A stretch of 62,577 nt of DNA, counting the filler, from a bacterium (GTDB lineage Bacteria; JALSQH01), in assembly GCA_026985515.1 (NCBI GenBank). It is 7 parts of 7 records of this genome, joined end to end, with 100 filler letters (N's around TTAATTAATTAA, not from the genome) between each part and the next. Parts side by side here need not be neighbours in the genome. Positions count along the whole stretch, not along the records: positions 50,134 to 62,577 come from JALSQH010000119.1; 6 more parts are not named here. One strand, written 5' to 3'. The stretch's first letter is position 1. Every line of letters starts with the position of its first letter. Shown here one piece after another: positions 53,707-62,577 of the stretch. Below the pieces are notes generated by a model that was given only the letters and a program-made list of their open reading frames with translations, made no database searches and was not told the origin of the DNA. Position numbers and translations under genes: made by a program.

Positions 53707-54646
53707 GTGGACAAAGGATCCATCTGGACCATATCTCATTGAAACAAAGCATGAGTTTTATAAATTTTTTCTGCCATATGTGTGGGTAAAATTGTACAGC
53801 AGAGGTGAACATCACAGAATTGATCTATTGGAAAGTGACTTCAAATCACTTCTATCTCTGACCAGAGAAGGTGATCTTTTTTCCACTTTCAAACTGATAG
53901 TACTTACGGGAATTGAAAAGTTGAGCAGAGAAGATAAGGAGACCCTCAGCAGAATAATTGCTGGAAGCGGGGATAAGTATGATGTTCTTGCCATTACTTC
54001 TGCTCCATTTCCTGTAAAGGGTGCAGATTACAGGAAATTCGATTATTTACCATCCAGAGAGGAGCTGGAAAAGCTGATAGATTTCACTGTAAAACTCCTT
54101 GGAGGAGAAATAGAAAGGGAGGCTACCCAGTATCTTGCTGAATATTTTCAGGATCAGCCCCATTTTCTGCTAAAGGAGCTGGAAAAGTTACTCTCCTATA
54201 GAGAGGATGGATTGATAACAGTTGAGGCTGTGAAAAATCTGGTTGTTCCTCTGAAGGAGGAAAATGTGTTTGCTCTTATAGATGCTATCAGAAAAAAGGA
54301 GATAGGCGAGGCTTTCAGGGTAATCGATTCTTTTTCTGAAAGTATTAAGGCTGTCCAGCTTATAAGAATAATTTTCGCTCACTTTCACAGATTACTTGAA
54401 GTTAAGACCGGGTTATCTCTGGGTGTCAGGGGGGATCACCTTGCACGGAGAACGGGCGTTAAACCGTCCTATCTTGCAAGATTGATAACGGAAGCTCAAA
54501 AATTTTCTTTTGAGGAACTTGAGAAAATAATTACTGAAATTGATAAAACTGAACTACAAATCAAGGCGCAGAAAATTCCACCCCGTTTTCTTTTAAAGAA
54601 ATTTGTGATTGATCTTGTGAATTCTCAGGATTCACTTTTTACCTGA
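53681..54646 (+). CDS. holA: DNA polymerase III delta subunit
   Basis: GDLFSTFKLIV, ELEKLLSY, ENVFALIDAI; synteny. Confidence 0.88.
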   Translation: MGIVSLIGKWTKDPSGPYLIETKHEFYKFFLPYVWVKLYSRGEHHRIDLLESDFKSLLSLTREGDLFSTFKLIVLTGIEKLSREDKETLSRIIAGSGDKYDVLAITSAPFPVKGADYRKFDYLPSREELEKLIDFTVKLLGGEIEREATQYLAEYFQDQPHFLLKELEKLLSYREDGLITVEAVKNLVVPLKEENVFALIDAIRKKEIGEAFRVIDSFSESIKAVQLIRIIFAHFHRLLEVKTGLSLGVRGDHLARRTGVKPSYLARLITEAQKFSFEELEKIITEIDKTELQIKAQKIPPRFLLKKFVIDLVNSQDSLFT

Positions 54647-54909
54647 GCCATGTAAGCATTAACTTTTTTGTATAGTCGCGAAATTTTCCTTGCAGCGGTG
54701 TTTCTGTGGATCACTCCTTTACTTCTTGCCTTATTTATTTCCTTCAGAGCCTGTTTGAATAGAGGTTCTATTGATTCAACTTCCTTTTTCTCCATTGCTT
54801 TAAGAAGCTTCTTTATCGCTGTTTTAATCCTGGATTTGTACATCCTGTTTCTTTCTCTCCTCTTCAGGCTCTGTCTGTGTCTCTTTTCTGCAGACTTATT
54901 TCTACCCAC
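54625..54909 (-). CDS. rpsT: 30S ribosomal protein S20
   Basis: KSAEKRHRQS-KRR-RN, KGVIHRNTAARKISRL. Confidence 0.97.
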   Translation of the reverse strand: MGRNKSAEKRHRQSLKRRERNRMYKSRIKTAIKKLLKAMEKKEVESIEPLFKQALKEINKARSKGVIHRNTAARKISRLYKKVNAYMAQVKSES

Positions 54910-55010
54910 CTGACGGAAACCTCCTTTTTGGAGATAAGTATATGGGTTAGTAATTTGCTGTCAAGAGGGAACTTTGCTCTCATTTCTTTAACCAATAAAA
55001 TTAAATTACC

Positions 55011-55736
55011 ATGTATGAGATTTTCAGTGGAGAGAGAGGCTTAATTCTCAAATTGGTGAATGGTGGGGATCTTTTCTGCTTGAGAATCCCTGCAGGTTTG
55101 CCAGAAATGGATAATCAGAGCCGTCTTGCCATAGAGGTGAAGTGTCCCGAAAATCTGGAACCCGTGGAAAGGGGTGAAATGATCCCGTGGTTCTGGCTCG
55201 AGAAGGTGAAAAGGGTTGTGCTGGTGAGAGGTGGAGTCGAAGAATTATTAACCATAAGGTACTGGAAAGATGTGAGATGGTTTGTGATTAAGGGTGAAGG
55301 TGGTGTTGAGGTTTCTTCTGGTGGACTGCCCGTTGAGTGTAAGAATGGTGAAATATACGCCTATATCGTCAGGCCATCTGGAAAAGAAAATTTTGCACTT
55401 CCCAAAGGCTTGATAGAAAAAGGGGAGAAACCAGAAGAAACAGCTGTGAGAGAAGTTTTCGAGGAAACAGGTTTAATAGTTGAGCCTGGTCCTTTTATAG
55501 AGAGGGTGAATTATCAATACAGGCATCCAGATAAAAAGATAAGAATCTACAAAGAGGTTTTTTACTTTCTTCTGTATGTTAGAGGTGGAGACCCTTCGAA
55601 GCACGACTGGGAGGTGGCGGAAGTTAAGAAGGTGAAGCTATCAGAAGTTGATAAATATCTGAAGTACTCTTCGGAGAAGAAAGCTCTCCGCAGACTACTT
55701 GAAAGGGTGAAAAATGGAGAACTTAATATCTGCTAA
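55011..55736 (+). CDS. NUDIX hydrolase with N-terminal extension
   Basis: LPKGLIEKGEKPEETAVREVFEETG Nudix box. Confidence 0.88.
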   Translation: MYEIFSGERGLILKLVNGGDLFCLRIPAGLPEMDNQSRLAIEVKCPENLEPVERGEMIPWFWLEKVKRVVLVRGGVEELLTIRYWKDVRWFVIKGEGGVEVSSGGLPVECKNGEIYAYIVRPSGKENFALPKGLIEKGEKPEETAVREVFEETGLIVEPGPFIERVNYQYRHPDKKIRIYKEVFYFLLYVRGGDPSKHDWEVAEVKKVKLSEVDKYLKYSSEKKALRRLLERVKNGELNIC

Positions 55737-56802
55737 CAGGGAATTGTGGTTTGACTGGAAATGGCAATTGATGAATTCACTGAAAAGGATCGAGGATATT
55801 GTGGATTACTTTCCTTTTTTGAAAGAAGATCTTGAGAATTTAAAATGGGTTACAAAAAAATACCGGTTTTCTGTTACCCCCTACTATCTTTCACTCGCCG
55901 AGAATGATCCTGATGACCCAATCCTCAAACAAATTATTCCTGATGTTCTTGAAATAGCGAGGAGGGGAGACCCTGATCCATACAGAGAGGATGAACATTC
56001 CCCCGTTCCCCATCTTGTCCACAGGTACAGTGATAGAGTTGTTCTGCTTGTCACAAATATCTGTCCAGTTTACTGCAGGCACTGTATGAGGAAAAGATGG
56101 TGGAGGAGAAAGGGGTATGTTCTCAGAGGACCACTTCTTGAAGAAGCATTGAATTATATCAGGGCCCACGAAGAGGTGAAAGATGTGCTTTTATCTGGAG
56201 GCGAACCTCTTTTACTGAAAGATGAAGAACTGGATTACATTCTATCTAAGCTTAGAGAAATTAAACACTTAAAGGTTTTAAGAATCGGTTCCCGGGTGCC
56301 TGTAACTCTTCCGATGAGGCTTACTGAAAGCCTGGGAAGAGTTTTTGAGAAATATGCCCCAATCTACATAAATACCCATTTTAATCATCCGAGAGAATTG
56401 TCAGATTTTACCATCGAAAGAATGAAAAATTTTACCAGGTACGGTGTTATCTGGGGTAATCAGACTGTTCTCCTGAAGGGTGTCAATGATTCTGTGGAAA
56501 TTCTGAAGGAGTTGTTTTACAATCTCCTGTCTGCTGGAGTCAGACCTTACTATCTATTTCAGTGTGATCCTGTGGAGGGTGTGGAGCATTTCAGAGTCCC
56601 CCTTTCCAGAGCAATAGAAATCTACAGGCAACTGATGAATTTTTCAGGAATGGCACTTCCCAAATTTGCCCTTGATCTGCCAGAGGGCGGAGGAAAAGTG
56701 ATCATTTCTTCACCCTGTGAGGTCAGGAAGATGGAGAATGGATACCTGGTTAGAAGCAACGATAGGGGGGAGGTCTTCTACCCTGATCCTCCTTTTAAAT
56801 AA
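55714..56802 (+). CDS. KamA-family radical SAM aminomutase (lysine 2,3-aminomutase-like)
   Basis: LVHRY-DR, CPVYCRHCMRKR, LSGGEPL, THFNHPRE, NQTVLLKGVND, GGGK. Confidence 0.92.
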   Translation: MENLISANRELWFDWKWQLMNSLKRIEDIVDYFPFLKEDLENLKWVTKKYRFSVTPYYLSLAENDPDDPILKQIIPDVLEIARRGDPDPYREDEHSPVPHLVHRYSDRVVLLVTNICPVYCRHCMRKRWWRRKGYVLRGPLLEEALNYIRAHEEVKDVLLSGGEPLLLKDEELDYILSKLREIKHLKVLRIGSRVPVTLPMRLTESLGRVFEKYAPIYINTHFNHPRELSDFTIERMKNFTRYGVIWGNQTVLLKGVNDSVEILKELFYNLLSAGVRPYYLFQCDPVEGVEHFRVPLSRAIEIYRQLMNFSGMALPKFALDLPEGGGKVIISSPCEVRKMENGYLVRSNDRGEVFYPDPPFK

Positions 56803-56807
56803 ATTTC

Positions 56808-58250
<1,443 letters not shown>

Positions 58251-59093
58251 TCAAAAAGTGGCACCCTGCTGCATTTTCAGGTATCTTTCAAGGGCAATTT
58301 TCTCCTGTTTTATGTAGGCTCTGTTTCTCTTCCAGAGCAGATCAAAATCAACCTGATGAGCGTCAAATTCTGGCCCATCAACGCAGGCAAATTTTGTTTC
58401 TTCCCCAACCAGTACCCTGCAGGCACCACACATACCTGTTCCATCCACCATTATTGGGTTGAGACTTGCAACAGTTTTTATTCCATGTGGTCTTGTTGTT
58501 TCTGCCAGAGCCTTCATCATGGGAATGGGCCCTGCACCGATTACAAAGTCAATCTTTTCTCCCTCTTCGATCATTTCTTTTAATAAATCGGTAACAAACC
58601 CCTTTTTCCCGTAGGAACCATCATCTGTGCAGATTTTGACCTCATCACAGAAACCCTTCAGTTCATCCTCCAGAATGAGTAGAGATCTGGTCCTGGCACC
58701 AAGGATGAATGTTACCCTGTTGCCGGCATCTTTCAGTGCCCTTGCGATGGGATACATCACTGCTGTTCCCAGTCCTCCCCCCACAACAACTGAATGGCCG
58801 AAATTCTCAATGTGGGTGGGCCTGCCGAGTGGTCCAACCACATCTGCAATTTTGTCACCAGCTTTCATGTTATTGAGTTCCCTCGTGGTTTTTCCAACTC
58901 CCTGAACTATCAGAGTTATTGTTCCTCTTTCAGGATCAGCGTCAGCTATTGTCAGAGGTATTCGCTCTCCATGCTCATGCAGTCTGATGATGACAAATTG
59001 TCCCGCCTTCCTCTTTTCTGCGATACGGGGAGCCATAATTTCAAATCTACAAACATCCCTGTTAAGTATGGTTTTTTTCACGATTTCCGGCAC
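58251..59093 (-). CDS. nfnA: NfnA/SudB-type flavoprotein subunit of electron-bifurcating transhydrogenase
   Basis: GERIPLTIAD, GPLG, DDGSYG-KGFVT, MVDGTGMCGACRV, CVDGPEFD. Confidence 0.92.
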   Translation of the reverse strand: MPEIVKKTILNRDVCRFEIMAPRIAEKRKAGQFVIIRLHEHGERIPLTIADADPERGTITLIVQGVGKTTRELNNMKAGDKIADVVGPLGRPTHIENFGHSVVVGGGLGTAVMYPIARALKDAGNRVTFILGARTRSLLILEDELKGFCDEVKICTDDGSYGKKGFVTDLLKEMIEEGEKIDFVIGAGPIPMMKALAETTRPHGIKTVASLNPIMVDGTGMCGACRVLVGEETKFACVDGPEFDAHQVDFDLLWKRNRAYIKQEKIALERYLKMQQGATF

Positions 59094-59131
59094 CCTTTTT
59101 ACCTCCTCTTTCTCCTTTCCTCCTTTTCAGT

Positions 59132-59147
59132 TACAAAGTAGATGCCA
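59132..59147 (-). promoter_or_regulatory. Possible sigma54 promoter for nfnAB
   Basis: Reverse complement TGGCAT-CTACT-TTGTA (GT instead of GC at -12). Confidence 0.4.
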
Positions 59148-59202
59148 TGAACGAATTTTAAACTCCTTGATTTGTGGAATATATGGTGCTAATAATAGAG
59201 AT

Positions 59203-59889
59203 ATGAAAAAGGCTTTCTTTTTTCTTTTTCTGCAGGGAACTTTAATTCCCCTCCTGTTTACAATCCCCATTTTACATGCTGATTCAGATCCAGGTATGGG
59301 CTTTGTTTTCCCTGACGGTGAGCCACTTGGAGCAGGGAAGAGGAAATTTTCCATCATAGATGTGGTGGTAGGTGCAGAGTATGCCTATGGGGTTACCGAT
59401 ACCCTTGATATTGAAATAGGAGAAATTGGATTTCTGATGGCCAATTTTGGATTCCGGATGTACACTCCTAAAATATACGGTGTTCTCAGATTTTCCTTTG
59501 ATTGTAGAATGTTTCTTTTTCCATTAAACGGTAGTGAGGAAGCTGCTTTCACAGGGATTGTGACAGCTTTATTTGAAAGAGGGCCTGTTAAATTGTCTAT
59601 TAGTGGCGGAGCCGGAGCTGGAGGAGAAACAGAGTATGGGTATAGTGCAGATTTACTGTTAAATTTCAGGATAAGCAAACATGTTGCGTTGATGGTGGAG
59701 GGAGGGTGGTTGAAAGTAGGGTGGGAAGATTTGAGCCATGTTGTGGGTGTTCTGGGAGGTCCCAGGATTTTTACCGGGCATATCATAGTAGATCTGGGTT
59801 TGCTCTTTCCAGTTACCAGAAAGGATGGTGAAAAGTGGCGTCACAGAAATATCTTACCAGTTTTTAATTTTCACTATGTGTGGAGATAA
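59203..59889 (+). CDS. Putative outer membrane beta-barrel protein (paralog 1)
   Basis: Start MKKAFF; signal peptide; beta-strand pattern; ends PVFNFHYVWR. Confidence 0.65.
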   Translation: MKKAFFFLFLQGTLIPLLFTIPILHADSDPGMGFVFPDGEPLGAGKRKFSIIDVVVGAEYAYGVTDTLDIEIGEIGFLMANFGFRMYTPKIYGVLRFSFDCRMFLFPLNGSEEAAFTGIVTALFERGPVKLSISGGAGAGGETEYGYSADLLLNFRISKHVALMVEGGWLKVGWEDLSHVVGVLGGPRIFTGHIIVDLGLLFPVTRKDGEKWRHRNILPVFNFHYVWR

Positions 59890-59935
59890 AGGAATTAAGA
59901 ATTTTGTAAAAAAATCCATGGATGGTGAAAAGATA

Positions 59936-60595
59936 ATGGTCAAGAAGCTTTTTTTCATTATCTTTTTGATATTTTCAGGTGCTCCTCTTTATTCAGCAGA
60001 AATGCTGAATACGGGAAGAGGCTTTCTCTTCCCCGATACAGGCTCCCTGGGAGCAGGGAAAAACAGGGTTTCTTTTACTGATATTATTATAGGTGTGAAT
60101 TATGCTCACGGAGTCAGTGATTATTTTGAAATAGAGGCTGGAGAACTGATCCTTGTTGTGGGAGAGGTGGGATTTAAGGTTAATAGCAAAAGGATTGGCA
60201 ATTTATTTATGACTTCATTAACCGGTAAAATCTATTTTTATCCTGGTCAATCTCTTTCTTTAGCAGGAGTTGGTATTCTCTCTTTTTCATTTGAAAGTGA
60301 GGTTTTTAAGGTTACATGGGACATTGGTGCAGGAACTGTAGGAGTTAACGATGCTAATGAATTGAATAATGGGTATGGCTCTTCTTTACTTTTCCAGTTC
60401 AATCACAGGGGTAAAGTCTCTTTCCTGATAGAACCATTCTGGATCACCAAGCTGGCGGGATTTACTCTGGGTCCAAGAGTAAGGTTCAGGAATATGGTTA
60501 TTGATTTTGGCTTTTTGTTCCCCTTTGTGAAAGATTATGAGACATGGAAATTTATTTATGTTTTCCCCATTTTCAACCTGAATCTCCTCTTTTAA
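59936..60595 (+). CDS. Putative outer membrane beta-barrel protein (paralog 2)
   Basis: Start MVKKLFF; signal peptide; ends PIFNLNLLF; similar to upstream gene. Confidence 0.65.
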   Translation: MVKKLFFIIFLIFSGAPLYSAEMLNTGRGFLFPDTGSLGAGKNRVSFTDIIIGVNYAHGVSDYFEIEAGELILVVGEVGFKVNSKRIGNLFMTSLTGKIYFYPGQSLSLAGVGILSFSFESEVFKVTWDIGAGTVGVNDANELNNGYGSSLLFQFNHRGKVSFLIEPFWITKLAGFTLGPRVRFRNMVIDFGFLFPFVKDYETWKFIYVFPIFNLNLLF

Positions 60596-60664
60596 CCTTT
60601 TCGTTTCAAGCATCTCCAGAATTTGAGTAACTTATTGCGTTTATGGTAAAATAAACTTGAACAT

Positions 60665-61636
60665 ATGAAGTTAATTATTCAGATTCCATGCTACAACGAA
60701 GAGAAAACCCTCCCCGTAACCATTGCAAGTATTAGGAAAGTTATCCCTGATTTGCAGAAACTTGGATTCTCTTCTGTTGAGATACTTGTCATAGATGATG
60801 GTTCAGAGGATGGTACGGTGGAGGTTGCAAAAAAAGAGGGAGTAGACCACATCGTGGAGTTGAAGGAACATAAAGGACTTGCCTTTGGTTTTAAAACTGG
60901 AATTGATGTCGCTCTTCAGCTGGGGGCGGATGTTGTCATCAACACAGATGCAGATAATCAGTATGTTGCAGAGGATATGGTAAAACTCCTCGAACCCATC
61001 ATTGAAGGAAAGGCTGACATTGTAATTGGTGAAAGGCCCATAGAAGAAATTGAACACTTTTCTCCTTTAAAAAAGAAACTTCAGCGACTTGGATCAAAGG
61101 TGGTGAGTCTTGCAGCAGGTGTTGATATTCCCGATACGACCAGTGGCTTCAGAGCCTTTTCCAGGGAAGCTCTTCTGCAAATTGTAATTCTGGGAGAGTA
61201 CACCTACACTCTTGAAACCATCATTCAGGCAGGCAGGAAAAAAATACCCATTGTTTCCGTTCCCATAAGGGTTAACAGAGAGGTAATCAGGGAATCAAGA
61301 TTGATAAAGAGCATTCCACAGTACATTTACAGGGCAGTGGAGGCCATTTTCAGAACGATTTTAATTTACAAACCCCTTGCTGTTTTTTTCTATATAGGAA
61401 TGATACCCATTATTCTGGCACTTCTCATTGGAGCGAGGTATCTCTACTTTTACTACCATGGAGAAGGGGCCGGTCACATACAATCCCTCATTCTCATGAT
61501 TATCCTTTTTATGATAGGAATAATCACCGTTGTTGCAGGTCTGGTGGCTGATCTTTTAGGGAGTATCAGGAAGATTGAAGAGGAAAGCCTCTATCATATA
61601 AAAAGAATGGAAATAGAGCGCAGAAATGACCGATAG
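60665..61636 (+). CDS. GT2 family glycosyltransferase (polyprenol-phosphate glycosyltransferase-like)
   Basis: IPCYNEE, IDDGSED, DADNQY, DTTSGFRA, two C-terminal TM helices. Confidence 0.92.
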   Translation: MKLIIQIPCYNEEKTLPVTIASIRKVIPDLQKLGFSSVEILVIDDGSEDGTVEVAKKEGVDHIVELKEHKGLAFGFKTGIDVALQLGADVVINTDADNQYVAEDMVKLLEPIIEGKADIVIGERPIEEIEHFSPLKKKLQRLGSKVVSLAAGVDIPDTTSGFRAFSREALLQIVILGEYTYTLETIIQAGRKKIPIVSVPIRVNREVIRESRLIKSIPQYIYRAVEAIFRTILIYKPLAVFFYIGMIPIILALLIGARYLYFYYHGEGAGHIQSLILMIILFMIGIITVVAGLVADLLGSIRKIEEESLYHIKRMEIERRNDR

Positions 61637-62577
61637 TGGAAAAGTAAGGCGGGAAATATTTGCACTTTTCCTTTTTCTCCTTGTGGTGCTTACAGGTTTG
61701 AGTCTGATCAGTTACACGCCTTCTGACCCGTCTCTTTTCTCGACAGGAAGCGGGAAAGTTCACAACTATGCAGGTTTAATAGGAAGTTACCTCTCCTCTC
61801 TACTGTTTCAATTCTTCGGATATGGTGCGTGGCTTCTTCTTCTCCTGATGATTTATTTTCTCTTTGTCCTTTTTTCTTCAACTTCAGGGGAAGGGATGGT
61901 GAGAACTCTGTTGGGACTGGTGGTTATTCTTTTTACGATTCCACCCATAATCCACCTGATTTTTAAGACACCTCTCACTGCTCCCTTTTATACAGGAGGG
62001 GTTCTGGGGAAATTTGAAGGTGAACTTTTAAGGAAAATTTTCGGTGAAGCCGGGGTTTTTGTTGTCCTCTTCGGTGTTCTTATCATTGCCATTGTTTACG
62101 CCACAGGATTGTCTTTTCTTCATCTTCTTGCCACCGCAGGTAAGAAGATTCTGGAACTTTTTAAATATTCTGAAGAGCAGGTGGAAAACGATTATGAAGA
62201 AAAGGTTGAAGAGTTAGATGAAGATTCAGTCGAAAAGGATAAAATTTTTGGTGAGTTAACCCACACCGGGGAGTTTTCTCCACCACCAGATATGGAAGAT
62301 GTTAAATCCTCTGAAGAATCTGAAGTTACTGGGACCACCGACGATAGACCTTTCACTCTCGGAGATACAGGTACCTTTTCTTCTGAGCCTTCCTTTACTC
62401 TGGGGGAAAGGGAGGAAATTAGTGGATCTGTTGAGGAAAGTGAATCTGAAAATTTTGCAGGTCTGGATATGTCAGCGAGGAATTCAGAATCCTTCCAGGA
62501 TCTGGAAAGTGGCGAGGAAGAGAATATAAAGATCTATGAAGTTGAGCAGGAAGTGAAAAAAAAGCCAGGGGGCAGAA
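61626..62577 (+). CDS. ftsK: DNA translocase FtsK N-terminal 4TM domain and acidic linker, 3' partial (not in ORF track)
   Basis: MTDSGKVRREI...LSLISYTPSDPS...VHNYAGLIGSYLS...FFGY; open to window end. Confidence 0.85.
   Translation, partial: MTDSGKVRREIFALFLFLLVVLTGLSLISYTPSDPSLFSTGSGKVHNYAGLIGSYLSSLLFQFFGYGAWLLLLLMIYFLFVLFSSTSGEGMVRTLLGLVVILFTIPPIIHLIFKTPLTAPFYTGGVLGKFEGELLRKIFGEAGVFVVLFGVLIIAIVYATGLSFLHLLATAGKKILELFKYSEEQVENDYEEKVEELDEDSVEKDKIFGELTHTGEFSPPPDMEDVKSSEESEVTGTTDDRPFTLGDTGTFSSEPSFTLGEREEISGSVEESESENFAGLDMSARNSESFQDLESGEEENIKIYEVEQEVKKKPGGR

Overview
Bacterial metagenome-type scaffold made of 7 unrelated contig fragments joined by artificial 100-nt linkers (44 N + TTAATTAATTAA + 44 N at 13158, 26148, 39074, 42459, 45841, 50034), so adjacency across linkers means nothing. 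Gene content (tamB/Omp85, lptE, ptsN-hprK-rapZ-mannose PTS-ptsH-ptsI, serA-hisZ-purA, nfnAB, sigma54-type promoters) fits an anaerobic diderm, probably deltaproteobacteria-like (inference). Most of the window is housekeeping plus one tRNA-Gly(CCC). The accessory parts are the interesting ones: (1) an exported papain-fold peptidase gene whose start codon is put out of frame by a tetranucleotide repeat tract in the signal peptide (candidate phase variation); (2) two divergent paralogous large lipoproteins ending in a MepA/M15-like peptidoglycan-hydrolase motif, one broken at two homopolymer runs and followed by an exported partner gene; (3) an unannotated 44-aa RiPP-precursor-like peptide heading an operon with a lamin-tail surface protein (Cys-CTERM anchor) and a probable C25-like protein; (4) a umuDC pair whose UmuD lacks the Ser/Lys autocleavage dyad. 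All family assignments are from motif recognition by eye; no searches were run.
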